This document shows positions 9,132-18,372 of a stretch of DNA of 34,692 bases, one piece after another; positions within the stretch are counted from its first letter, which is position 1; the number at the start of each line of letters is the position of its first letter. The notes under the pieces were generated by a model. The model saw nothing but the letters and a program-made list of their open reading frames with translations, had not been told where the DNA came from and searched no databases. The position numbers and the translations under genes are program-made. Source of the DNA: an uncultured bacterium (lineage in GTDB: Bacteria; Actinomycetota; Coriobacteriia; Coriobacteriales; Atopobiaceae); contig CAJMLD010000001.1 of assembly GCA_905214175.1 (NCBI GenBank), forward strand, positions 1 through 34,692, in the 5' to 3' direction.

Positions 9132-9349
9132 ATGGAAAAGCGGTCTGAGCCCGCTCAAACCCTAGCATCGGAAACAATATCTCGCAATGGCTCCTATACC
9201 AGCAAGGATGACATCGAAATCGCACGTGGCACGAATGCGACGTAAACTATCAGGGTGGCCGCCGTGGCTCAGGGCGCATTGCGCACTCAAACGACGGCCT
9301 CATCTGCTACACGCCAGATCACTACAAGACCTTCGAGCGGCCTTACTAG
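9132..9349 (+). pseudogene. Barnase-family (guanyl-specific) ribonuclease pseudogene: internal deletion plus frameshift
   Basis: One frame gives MEKRSEPAQTLASETISRNGSYTSKDD (ending at 9245). Another frame, 9218-9349, gives NRTWHECDVNYQGGRRGSGRIAHSNDGLICYTPDHYKTFERPY*, matching barnase WREADINY..R...R..S.D.LIY.T.DHY.TF. The middle of the domain is missing. Confidence 0.85.
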
Positions 9350-9357
9350 GAGGAACC

Positions 9358-9636
9358 TTGGCAACCGTAAAAATTCGCGAGGCCAGCGATGCCTCCGAAC
9401 AGGAAGTATTCCAGCAGATCGCAAAGAAGCTCAAGTTTCCCGACTATTTTGGGAATAACTTCGCGGCGCTAGAGGACTGCCTCGACGACATGACCGAGAG
9501 CACCCGCATCGACGTCGTGCGCTACCGCGACGACCCCAACCCAAAGCGACGCGCGTTCTTTGCAACTCTCTGTGCCGTAGTGGCTCGGGCGGCGCTTGAG
9601 AACCCCAACGTTCACCTCACGATGTACGAGAAGTAA
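9358..9636 (+). CDS. Barstar-family ribonuclease inhibitor
   Basis: TTG start behind aggagg, 92 aa, LKFPDYFGNNFAALEDCL barstar signature, directly after the RNase stop. Confidence 0.88.
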   Translation: MATVKIREASDASEQEVFQQIAKKLKFPDYFGNNFAALEDCLDDMTESTRIDVVRYRDDPNPKRRAFFATLCAVVARAALENPNVHLTMYEK

Positions 9637-9783
9637 CCGCGCGAACCACGCTAACAACGCGGCGGCTACTCATGACGGTCCCCTCACCAAAGCCTCTAGC
9701 TGCTCTGATGGTTCCCGTCGCTTGTCAGGCAACGGTAAGGCAATCGTCACAGTCCAAATAAGTCGCAGGGCGCAGCCAACCGC

Positions 9784-10779
9784 CTAGGCCAGCGGAGGCA
9801 TGGGCTCCCACGTGGGATCGTGCAGCGCCTTCTTGGAGTCGCGATAGCCCGCCCACAGCCTTGCCCAGCTGGGACCAAAGTGGCCTCGGTCCACCAACAC
9901 CAGGCGCAGGAACTCCTTGGCAAACGAGAGGAACGTCCCAAGACCGTATCCCACGGGGTTGTAATCGCCATGCAGCATGAAGTAGCGCGCCATGTACCCG
10001 CGGTTGCGCATGATGTAGTAGCGCGTCATGTCCGAGGTCGAGGAGATCTGTCGCACACCGGCCGCACCGACCTCCTGGTGGCGCACCTCGCGCGTCCGTC
10101 GCAGCACATAGTCCGGCACCAGCACGGGCTGGCACACCTTGCTTGCCAGGTAACCATAGATGGCATCGTCGTAGTAGATGAAGAAGCGGTAGTCGGGAAG
10201 CCCGATCTTCGCGACCACGCGGCGGCGGAACAGCCCGCCCTCAAAGCACATGACGTTCACGTCGATGTGGTCGGCGCCGTTGAAGCCCGCGCGCGAAAGC
10301 GGGTTGTAGATGCACAGCGACGTCATGAAGTGATGCTGCCAGAAGAAGGGCGTGCCGTCGTAGTCGTAGCGCTGACCTTGCACCACGTCGTACCGGTTTG
10401 ACCATGGCTCCAGGCGCTCCAGGGCATTGGGGAGCACGGCCACGTCGTCGTCCATGACCCAGAACCACTCGGCTCCAAGGTCGAAAGCACGTCTCACGCC
10501 CTCTGAGAAGCCACCAGAGCCCCCGGTATTGGTTTCCTGCGGATCGTATACCACGCGATCCGTACCGCCCGCAGAATCGGGCTCAGAGTCCGTCTCGCCC
10601 CACTGCGCCGCAAGACGCGCCGAGAAATCCGCGACCATCTGCGCCGTCTTGGGCGAATTCTCGTTGTCCACCACCACAATGCGCCACGGCGCCACAGTGA
10701 GCCCCGCAATCGAGTCAAAAAGGCAACCCAGGAGCTCCTGGCGCTTGTAGGTGACAATCACAATAGCGAGACGATCCAT
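9784..10779 (-). CDS. GT2 glycosyltransferase (GlfT1-like; galactofuranosyl or rhamnosyl type)
   Basis: IVTYKR, VVVDN, NTGGSGGF, WVMDDD, FFIYYDD, YYIMRNR. Confidence 0.85.
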   Translation of the reverse strand: MDRLAIVIVTYKRQELLGCLFDSIAGLTVAPWRIVVVDNENSPKTAQMVADFSARLAAQWGETDSEPDSAGGTDRVVYDPQETNTGGSGGFSEGVRRAFDLGAEWFWVMDDDVAVLPNALERLEPWSNRYDVVQGQRYDYDGTPFFWQHHFMTSLCIYNPLSRAGFNGADHIDVNVMCFEGGLFRRRVVAKIGLPDYRFFIYYDDAIYGYLASKVCQPVLVPDYVLRRTREVRHQEVGAAGVRQISSTSDMTRYYIMRNRGYMARYFMLHGDYNPVGYGLGTFLSFAKEFLRLVLVDRGHFGPSWARLWAGYRDSKKALHDPTWEPMPPLA

Positions 10780-10919
10780 GTCCCATCCAAGGTCGCGGTG
10801 GTCGGTACGACGTACGCGGTGTGCTTCGGGCGAGCGGGCAACGCGCCAGCCCCATCGAGTCACTGTATTATAGGGTACGGCCGCGGACCCACCGTGGCGG
10901 TCGGCGGCAAGGAGGTCAC

Positions 10920-12074
10920 GTGGAAGCCACGAATCCAGAAGGCAAGGCGCCCAAGAGCGCCGGGCGGTTCTCGCACAAGGTGTCGGTGGTGGTTCCCACC
11001 TACAATGTGGAGCGCTACCTTGACCAGTGCCTTACCAGCGTACAGATGCAGCCGTTCGCAAACATAGAGGTCATCTGCGTAAACGACGGCTCCACCGACG
11101 GCTCACTGGATATCATGCGCGAACACGCCTCACGCGACCCGCGCGTGCGTGTCATCGACAAGCCAAACGCCGGATACGGTGCCGCATGCAACACCGGCAT
11201 AGACGCCGCCACCGGCGACTACGTGGCCATCGTCGAGCCTGACGACTACCTCACCGGAGACATGTTTGGCGACCTTCTCGCCTTCGCGGACTCGCTCGAG
11301 GGCGGCCAAGTTGACATCGTCAAGTCGTCCTACTGGCGCATCTTCAACGCCGGCACCCCCAACGAGCTGCGCACGGTTTGCCTCTACCAGGACCGTGTGA
11401 ACCCGCCAAGCCAACCCTTTGCCATTGGCGACGGCATAGCCCTCCTCGAGCATCACCCCTCAATCTGGACGGCGCTCTACCGTAAGGCGTTCTTGGACGA
11501 GAAGCACATCCGGTTTCGCGAGTACCCGGGCGCTGCCTGGGCGGATAATCCCTTTCTTGTGGAGACGCTCTGCCAGACGGACCGCATTGCCTACGTGAAC
11601 CGCCCCTACTACAACTATCGCGAGGACACGGAGGAGAAGCTCGTCGCCTCCACGCGCCGCGACCCCCTGCTGCCAATAAAGCGCTGGAACGACATGCAGG
11701 ACATCGTCGAGCGCATCGGCGTCACCGACCGGCGCGTGCTTTCAGCGCAGACCAAGCGCGGCATCAACTACTGCGGGCTCGCCATCGACGCGGTGGGGTT
11801 GGACTACCCCGGGATGCGCGAGGCTGTCACGGCCGTCTACCAGAGGCTCGACTACGACCTGGTAATGGAGCAGCCGCTGGTGACGCCGGCGGCAAAGCGG
11901 CTCTACTGCGAGCTCACGGGCAGGCCCGACCCCAAGCTTGGCCGTCTCTCGATGCTACCGGCGGCCGCAGGCGAGGTGTGGTATCGCCTGTGTCATACGA
12001 GCCCCAGCTACACGTGGTTCTCCATCACGAGTTTCCTGCGGCACCGCCGGGGTCGCACCGGCGGGGCCGAGTAG
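10920..12074 (+). CDS. GT2 glycosyltransferase
   Basis: VSVVVPTYNVERYL, VNDGSTD, NAGYGAACN, VEPDD. GTG start behind aaggagg. Confidence 0.9.
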   Translation: MEATNPEGKAPKSAGRFSHKVSVVVPTYNVERYLDQCLTSVQMQPFANIEVICVNDGSTDGSLDIMREHASRDPRVRVIDKPNAGYGAACNTGIDAATGDYVAIVEPDDYLTGDMFGDLLAFADSLEGGQVDIVKSSYWRIFNAGTPNELRTVCLYQDRVNPPSQPFAIGDGIALLEHHPSIWTALYRKAFLDEKHIRFREYPGAAWADNPFLVETLCQTDRIAYVNRPYYNYREDTEEKLVASTRRDPLLPIKRWNDMQDIVERIGVTDRRVLSAQTKRGINYCGLAIDAVGLDYPGMREAVTAVYQRLDYDLVMEQPLVTPAAKRLYCELTGRPDPKLGRLSMLPAAAGEVWYRLCHTSPSYTWFSITSFLRHRRGRTGGAE

Positions 12075-12123
12075 CAGCGGCCTGCGGCAGGGCTGCGCCC
12101 GCGCCAGCCGCCCCACCAGCCGC

Positions 12124-13206
12124 CTACAGCGACGTGCAGAACGGGCCCAGGCCCCTCTCGCCGCCGCGCTTCATGAACGAGGCGAGAAAACCCTCGGTAT
12201 ATGCAAGACCGGCGTTGCCAGACCTGATGGGACCCTGCATGGCCTTGGCGCCCATGCCGCGGGGACGCGCCACGTCAGCGGCAAGGCGCGCGCGATCAGA
12301 GGAAACCATCTCCCCCACCAGACGGCGTCGCTCGGTCGCGGAGAGGCCGGAACGATCCGAGAAGACGCTCGCAACGCAGTCCACAAGGCACTCGAAGTAG
12401 CGATTCTGGATGAGCCCCATGCTGGTAGGATCGCCGTCAAGGCCCCAGTGGTGGTACACGCCCACCAAGGTGCCATACTGCCGCTCTAGTGCGCGATAGT
12501 CGCGGACCGAGAAGCCCGGCAGCCGCTGCGGCGAGCGGCACTCCACGTGATAGCGGACGTTACCCGTAAGCCCAACGCGCTCGACGTCGCGCACGTAGCC
12601 AGCAATAAAGGAGAGGTCATCCGCGCTGTTGCCATTCCCATCGGCAAACGAGAGACCCAGGCGCTCAACCCGCGAGCGCAGAAACAGCTTGGCGCAGGGC
12701 GACGTAAGGAGGTTGTCCTCGAAAAGCTGCCAGGCACCGGCGCGGAAATCGTGCTGCGTGGGAAAAACGTAGGCCGCCTGGTTGGCCTCGACGGTCTCCT
12801 GCCGGCGCCCATCCCCCAGGACGGATGCCGAGAAGCCCGCGATGGCGAGCTCGAGCGAAGACTCCTCCGCAATGTTTACAAGGTCTGCCAGCATATCCGG
12901 GTTGGCCCAACCGCTCGCGTCAAAGAGCACAAGGTAGCGGCCACAAGCGCGTGACATGCCCAAATCGAGCGCGGCCGCGAGCCCACAGCCGTCCGCCTGC
13001 ACCAGCGAGATGGTGAGGTCTCGCTGCGCCATGTTGTCGACGATGCCCGGCGTTCCGTCAGTCGAGCCGTCATCGACCACAATAGTCTCATGGCTTCTCA
13101 GCGTCTGGTTCTGGATACTCTCGAGGGCACGGCGTATTGTGGCAGCGTCATCGCGTGCGGCAATGACAATCGAGACAACGGGCTCCCTGTACATGGTGCT
13201 CGGCAT
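12124..13206 (-). CDS. GT2-family protein with degenerate DxD motif
   Basis: VSIVIAA, VVDDGSTDGT, then LFDASGW where FxDxDD is expected. Start at 13206 or 13194. Confidence 0.8.
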   Translation of the reverse strand: MPSTMYREPVVSIVIAARDDAATIRRALESIQNQTLRSHETIVVDDGSTDGTPGIVDNMAQRDLTISLVQADGCGLAAALDLGMSRACGRYLVLFDASGWANPDMLADLVNIAEESSLELAIAGFSASVLGDGRRQETVEANQAAYVFPTQHDFRAGAWQLFEDNLLTSPCAKLFLRSRVERLGLSFADGNGNSADDLSFIAGYVRDVERVGLTGNVRYHVECRSPQRLPGFSVRDYRALERQYGTLVGVYHHWGLDGDPTSMGLIQNRYFECLVDCVASVFSDRSGLSATERRRLVGEMVSSDRARLAADVARPRGMGAKAMQGPIRSGNAGLAYTEGFLASFMKRGGERGLGPFCTSL

Positions 13207-13418
13207 ATCCTGGCGCGACTCTCCTCCCCGAAGACCGTCCCAGCGGGCTGCCATACAGCCCCACCAAATGTTGAGGAAAGCGTATCAGCCGTTCGTGGAG
13301 CATGCGTGACAATCGCGGGCGACTACCATTACTACAAATAAAGCCCAGGAGAGGGACACAGCGCCAAAACAGTCGGCACCTTTCGCCGCTCGTATAGAGA
13401 CGTTCGCGGAAGTCTGGC

Positions 13419-14210
13419 CTACCCCTCGTTGCTCACGAGCGTACCCACGGCAAGGCCCAGCGACGCCTGGTCAATCACGCGATAGCCCGTAGAGACGGCG
13501 TTTCCGCTGTCGTCGGTGGTCGTCTCGTCCACCATGGGCGCATCGACCTTGGCAAGGCCATCGGTCCCCGCCGATTGTACCTTCTCAGCAAGGTCGAGAA
13601 GCTCCTGCGACGACATGTCGGTGCGGATGGACGAGAGGAACTCGGACGCACGGCTTAGGAGCGAGTTCACACCCGCCCCCGCGAGCGAGCGCACCTCATC
13701 CCATACGTCACTCGTCGAGACGATGACATGCGTAACCGGCAGGTTAGCTGCCATGGAGAGCGGAGAGACGCACGAACCGGCACCAGAGCTGTTAAAGAGC
13801 TCGGCCAACGTGGTGTCCTGTCCGTTGTAGGAGACCTTCGCGTCGGTGGGAATGGAGACGAGCTTGCCCGTGGCCGTGGTCTCGTCATAGACCAGCAGCT
13901 CTGCCGACGAAAGGTTGGCGCCACCGGTCTCGGAAGCGTCCAGGTTATCCGTCGTGAGGAGCAAGATGCCCATAAACGAGTCGCCCGAGACGGTGTAGCC
14001 CAGGTCAGAAACGGCTGAGGTCTTGCTCACCGAGGAGCTCAGGCTGCTGTCGCCCAGGTGGGACTGCGCCTGTGCGCGGCGCCATGCCATGGAGACCACA
14101 ACGCCACAGGCGACAAATACCACCACGAGCACGACAGCCGCGATGATGTTGCGATGGGGGTTGTCGCGAGGAACGTCGGTCCTCTCGAATCGCTCGCGCT
14201 GCCTGGCCAT
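13419..14210 (-). CDS. Membrane-anchored LCP (LytR-CpsA-Psr)-like protein, degenerate
   Basis: Basic N-tail, one TM helix, extracellular domain with LVSIPTD (LCP consensus SIPRD) and IRTDMS. RBS gggagg. Confidence 0.65.
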   Translation of the reverse strand: MARQRERFERTDVPRDNPHRNIIAAVVLVVVFVACGVVVSMAWRRAQAQSHLGDSSLSSSVSKTSAVSDLGYTVSGDSFMGILLLTTDNLDASETGGANLSSAELLVYDETTATGKLVSIPTDAKVSYNGQDTTLAELFNSSGAGSCVSPLSMAANLPVTHVIVSTSDVWDEVRSLAGAGVNSLLSRASEFLSSIRTDMSSQELLDLAEKVQSAGTDGLAKVDAPMVDETTTDDSGNAVSTGYRVIDQASLGLAVGTLVSNEG

Positions 14211-14254
14211 GGCCCCTCCCGTCATCTTGCGCCTAGCGCTGGGCGTCCCAGCTT

Positions 14255-15205
14255 CTAAAAAAGGATACCTGAAGCAGAGACAAGAAGCCCCACGACGACC
14301 CCCACCGCATAGACAAAGACGGTGACGGCAACGTTCTGACGCACGTCATTGTTCGTGCGGAAGAGGACGAGAAGCCCAACGCCACCGGAGGCGAGGAGGC
14401 CCGCGACCATGGGGCCGGCGCCAAGGACGCCGTCGAGATAGAGTTCCGTGATTGCGACGGAGGCGCCGCAGTTGGGGATGAGCCCCACGAGCGCCGCAAG
14501 GAAGGTCGCCCGCACCGGATGGCTGCCCAGGAGCTGCGCCAGCGAGTCCTCGCCCATGACCTCGATGAGCAGGCCAAAGAGGAATGTGACGAGCAAGATG
14601 AAGCCGGTCACCTGCACGGTGTGGACGGCTGCGGAGCGCACGATGGCCCAGTGACCGTGGCCGTGGTGGTGATGGGCGTGGCCGGCCTCGCCCGCCGCCT
14701 GGTAAACGGACTCGCTCTTCTCGTCCTCCTCTTCCTCCTCGCAGTGGCAGTGCGCGCGCTCGCACAGGTCATGGATGTGCGGCTTGGGGGAGCCCACGTG
14801 ACGCACGGGATGCAGCACCGCGTCGAGGAGTAACCCTACGACGATGCCCACAACCACCTTGAGCAGCACAATCGCAAGCAGCCGCCCCACGGGCTCCTGG
14901 TGGGCGAGAAAGACCGGCACCATCTCGTCCGAGGTCGAGAGAATCACGGCAACAAGCGTTCCCGCAGTAACAACCCCACCCGAGAAGAGCGTGGCCGCCA
15001 TGGCCGAGAAGCCACACTGCGGGATGGCTCCGAGAAGGGCGCCCACAACGGGACCTGCGTGGCCGGCTCGCGCAACAAGCCCCTGCATACGACCTTCGGT
15101 TGAGTGCTCGAGGGCCTCCATGGCGAGGTAGGTCACAAACAGAAACGGGACGAGCTCGAGGGTGTCAAGCACGGAGTCGGCAATCACGTCGACAAGCATA
15201 TCCAA
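14255..15205 (-). CDS. Putative divalent metal (manganese-type) transporter with His/Glu-rich loop
   Basis: Repeated GAIPQCGFS / GLIPNCGAS motifs, STSDE, multiple TM helices, loop HCHCEEEEED...HAHHHHGHGH. Confidence 0.8.
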   Translation of the reverse strand: MDMLVDVIADSVLDTLELVPFLFVTYLAMEALEHSTEGRMQGLVARAGHAGPVVGALLGAIPQCGFSAMAATLFSGGVVTAGTLVAVILSTSDEMVPVFLAHQEPVGRLLAIVLLKVVVGIVVGLLLDAVLHPVRHVGSPKPHIHDLCERAHCHCEEEEEDEKSESVYQAAGEAGHAHHHHGHGHWAIVRSAAVHTVQVTGFILLVTFLFGLLIEVMGEDSLAQLLGSHPVRATFLAALVGLIPNCGASVAITELYLDGVLGAGPMVAGLLASGGVGLLVLFRTNNDVRQNVAVTVFVYAVGVVVGLLVSASGILF

Positions 15206-15235
15206 GGCATTTCCTCCAAAGGTTCAGGCACTGGG

Positions 15236-16120
15236 CTATGACCAGGGCACGAGAAGTCCGTCGGGGTATTCTACCCAGACAAAGGTAAGACCCTTCGCCG
15301 GAGCACACGGTCCGGCCGCAGCCCTGCTACGCGCCACAAGCACCTCTCCTACCCATGACGGGTCGCGATGGCCGCGTCCCACCTCAACGAGGGTACCCGC
15401 AATCGTGCGCACCATGTTGTGGAGAAAGGCATTGCCCGTAACATCGATGGCGACGAGCGGCTCGCCAGCCTCCTCAACGCGCGAGACCACCACGCGCTCC
15501 AGGTAGCGGCTCGTGGGCTTTCCCTCGGCCGAGGTGGCCTTGCAGAAGCTCTTGAAGTCATGCTCCCCCACCAGGTAGGAGGCGCCCTCCTGCATGGCCT
15601 CCACGTCAAGGCTGCCGCGGTACCACCACGCATGATCCCAGGCAAGCACGGGACGCGCTTCTCCCGTTGCGATGCGGTAGCGATACCCCCGCGACGTGGC
15701 GTCAAAGCGTGCCGAGAAGAGCGCATCGCCTCGGTACAGCCCCCTCACCGAGATGTCATCGGGCGTAAGGGCAACGAGCGAGCGCATGAGCCCCCTGCCC
15801 CCGAGTGCCAGCTCTGCGTCACTCACCGGGACGCTCACGAACTGTGCGAGCGCATGGACGCCGGAATCCGTGCGTCCGGCGCAGACAAGCTCTACCTCGC
15901 GACGGAGTACGGTCTCCAAGGCGCGACGCAATTCGCTCGCGACCGTACGCTGCCCAGGCTGCTCCGCAAATCCGGCGAATCCCTCGCCTCGATACCCCAG
16001 TCGCAGCACTAGCGTAGCGGCAGCAGCGCTTCCCCCAACGATGGGGGCATCGCGCTCGGCCCGGCTTGGCCGATGGATTGACGGCGAGACCTGCACGGAC
16101 TTGCTAGGCTCAATAGGCAT
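15236..16120 (-). CDS. truA: tRNA pseudouridine(38-40) synthase (start uncertain)
   Basis: CAGRTDSGVHA, FSARFDA, GEHDFKSF, FLHNMVR, APAKGL. Confidence 0.95.
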   Translation of the reverse strand: MPIEPSKSVQVSPSIHRPSRAERDAPIVGGSAAAATLVLRLGYRGEGFAGFAEQPGQRTVASELRRALETVLRREVELVCAGRTDSGVHALAQFVSVPVSDAELALGGRGLMRSLVALTPDDISVRGLYRGDALFSARFDATSRGYRYRIATGEARPVLAWDHAWWYRGSLDVEAMQEGASYLVGEHDFKSFCKATSAEGKPTSRYLERVVVSRVEEAGEPLVAIDVTGNAFLHNMVRTIAGTLVEVGRGHRDPSWVGEVLVARSRAAAGPCAPAKGLTFVWVEYPDGLLVPWS

Positions 16121-16192
16121 GCGAGCAAAACTCACTTTCCGGAGACGTTTCTGACGCATGGAGCTTACCACGAGCCACCGAGCTCCCACACA

Positions 16193-16227
16193 CAAGAAAG
16201 GACCCCAGCGGTTGAGCTGGGGTCCTT
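16193..16227 (-). terminator. Intrinsic terminator after rplQ
   Basis: 12-bp stem aaggaccccagc/gctggggtcctt followed by a U-rich tract on the minus strand. Confidence 0.8.
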
Positions 16228-16251
16228 CTCGTTGCGATACGTGGGAAAGCC

Positions 16252-16761
16252 CTACTCGGACTTCTCCTCGGTCTCGGGAGCGGTCTCCTCGGCCTTGGGC
16301 TCCTCAGCAGGGGCCTCCTCAGCCTTGGGCTCCTCGGCAGGTGCCGCGGCAACCTTGGTCACAGTTGCCTTGGGCTCGGCCTTAGTCTTGGGCGTGACCG
16401 CCTCGGTCACGAGCTCCATAATGACAACCTCGGCGCCGTCACCCTTGCGGGGGCCAAGCTTCATGATGCGGGTGTAACCGCCGTTGCGGTCGGCCCACAT
16501 ACCCTGCGCGGCCTTCTCGAAGACCTCGCGGACGACCTCCTTGTCGCCAACCTTGGCGATGGCAAGGCGACGAGAGTGAAGGTCACCCTTCTTGGCCCAA
16601 GTGATGACCTTGTCAACCTCGGGACGGATGGCCTTGGCGCGCGGCTCAAGGGTCTTGATGCGATCGTTAGCAAGCAGGGCAGAGACCAGGCTCTTCTTCA
16701 TGGCCTTGGTGTGGCTGGCATCGGTGCCGAGCTTCATGCCCCTCTTCTTGTTGTGCCTCAT
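16252..16761 (-). CDS. rplQ: 50S ribosomal protein L17 with acidic C-terminal extension
   Basis: MRH start, GGYTRIMKLGPRKGDGA, follows rpoA. Confidence 0.97.
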   Translation of the reverse strand: MRHNKKRGMKLGTDASHTKAMKKSLVSALLANDRIKTLEPRAKAIRPEVDKVITWAKKGDLHSRRLAIAKVGDKEVVREVFEKAAQGMWADRNGGYTRIMKLGPRKGDGAEVVIMELVTEAVTPKTKAEPKATVTKVAAAPAEEPKAEEAPAEEPKAEETAPETEEKSE

Positions 16762-16794
16762 GTCTAGCTTCTCCTATGCGATGCGTGCGGCGGC

Positions 16795-17736
16795 CTAAGC
16801 CTTGAGAGAAAGTCCCATGGACTCGAGCTTGTCCTTGACTTCCTCGATCGACTTGACGCCAAAGTTGCGGATGTTGAGAAGGTCGTTCTCGGAGAACTCC
16901 ACGAGCTGACGCACGGAGTGGATGCCTGCGCGCTTCAGGCAGTTGTAGGAGCGGACCGAGAGGTCCAGGTCCTCAATCTGCTTGTCGAGCTCGGCGTTAT
17001 CCTCCTCGGCGCCCGTCGCGAAGATCGACTCGTCCTCCTGGGGCTCATCGACGTCAGCGAGACCCATGAAGGCCGTCATGTGCTGGTTGATGATATTGGC
17101 GGCCTCGACAATAGCGTCACGCGGGCTAATGGAGCCGTTGGTCTCCACCTCGAGCAGCAGGCGGTCGTAGTCGGTGTGGCGACCAACGCGGCAAGGCTCG
17201 ACGGACTTGGCGCAACGGCGCACGGGCGAATAGAGCGAGTCCACGTGGATGATGCCGATGGGATCGCTCTCACGCTCGTTGTCGTCACCGGAGACATAGC
17301 CGCGACCAATGCCAATGCGCATCTTCATGGAGAGGTGCGCGTCGGCACCAAGGGTGCAGATCACGTGGTCGGGGTTCACGAGCGTGAACTCCGCAGGGAT
17401 GTCAAAGTCCCCGCCCGTAACCGTCATGGGGCCATCGACGTTGATAGAGGCGGTAGCCTCATCGCCGGTGCCCATCGAGCGGAACACCAGGCCCTTCACG
17501 TTGAGGACGATATCGGTGACGTCCTCGTAGACACCCGGCACGGTGGTGAACTCGTGCTGCACGCCATCAATCTGGATGGCCTCGACAGCTGCGCCCTCCA
17601 GCGAGGACAGCAGCACGCGACGCAGGGAGTTGCCGAGGGTGTCACCATAGCCACGCTCGAGCGGCTCTGCGCTGACGCGCGCGAGGTTGTCGCTGATCTC
17701 TTCTACCGACACGGTGGGCCGGATGAACTCGGACAT
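16795..17736 (-). CDS. rpoA: RNA polymerase alpha subunit
   Basis: EPLERGYGDTLGNSLRRVLLSS, LSVRSYNCLKRAGI. Confidence 0.99.
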   Translation of the reverse strand: MSEFIRPTVSVEEISDNLARVSAEPLERGYGDTLGNSLRRVLLSSLEGAAVEAIQIDGVQHEFTTVPGVYEDVTDIVLNVKGLVFRSMGTGDEATASINVDGPMTVTGGDFDIPAEFTLVNPDHVICTLGADAHLSMKMRIGIGRGYVSGDDNERESDPIGIIHVDSLYSPVRRCAKSVEPCRVGRHTDYDRLLLEVETNGSISPRDAIVEAANIINQHMTAFMGLADVDEPQEDESIFATGAEEDNAELDKQIEDLDLSVRSYNCLKRAGIHSVRQLVEFSENDLLNIRNFGVKSIEEVKDKLESMGLSLKA

Positions 17737-17760
17737 TGCTACCTCCAAACTGTGTCGGGC

Positions 17761-18354
17761 TTACTTGGAGTAAAGCTCGACGATGAGCTGGGCATCGATG
17801 TCGAGGTCGATCTGGTCACGGTTGGGAAGCTGGAGCACGGTGCCCTGGAGCTTCTCGATGTCGACCTCAAGCCAGGCCGGCACAGCCATGTGCTCGGAGG
17901 AGATGAGGGCCTCCTTGATGGGGAGAAGGTCCTTGGCCTTGGGGGCCACGGCGACGACGTCGCCAGCCTTCACCTGGTAGGAGGGGATGTCCACGCGGTG
18001 GCCGTTCACGGTGATGTGGCCGTGAAGAACGGTCTGGCGGGCCTCCTTGCGGGTGCGAGCAAAGCCGAGACGGAACACGACGTTATCGAGCCTGGACTCG
18101 AGTATGGTCATGAGGTTGTCGCCGGTGATGCCCTCGCGCTTAAGAGCCAGCTTGTAGTAGCTGCGGAACTGCTTCTCGAGAACGCCGTAGATGAACTTGG
18201 CCTTCTGCTTCTCGCGGAGCTGCGTGCCGTACTCGCTCTCCTGGCGGCGGCGCTGCTTGGGCTGGCGGTGAGATTCCTTGTTGATTCCCATGACGACGGG
18301 ATCGATGCCGAGCTGACGGCACCGCTTAAGGACAGGCGTCCTGTCAACTGCCAT
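17761..18354 (-). CDS. rpsD: 30S ribosomal protein S4
   Basis: SEYGTQLREKQK, LESRLDNVVFR, IVELYSK. Confidence 0.98.
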   Translation of the reverse strand: MAVDRTPVLKRCRQLGIDPVVMGINKESHRQPKQRRRQESEYGTQLREKQKAKFIYGVLEKQFRSYYKLALKREGITGDNLMTILESRLDNVVFRLGFARTRKEARQTVLHGHITVNGHRVDIPSYQVKAGDVVAVAPKAKDLLPIKEALISSEHMAVPAWLEVDIEKLQGTVLQLPNRDQIDLDIDAQLIVELYSK

Positions 18355-18372
18355 TAGTGGTGTCCTTCCTAG

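Noticed and set aside
8368..9245. Short ORFs across the repeat region (8368-8877, 8563-8826, 8669-8929, 8944-9165, 9040-9225)
   Set aside because: No recognisable motifs or RBS. They read through the terminator and repeats.
9187..9357. N-terminal extension of barstar in the 149-aa ORF
   Set aside because: It overlaps the RNase pseudogene out of frame. The real start is the TTG at 9358 behind aggagg.
16255..16350. Tandem PAEEPKAEE repeats in the L17 tail
   Set aside because: Low-complexity acidic L17 extensions are common in Actinomycetota.
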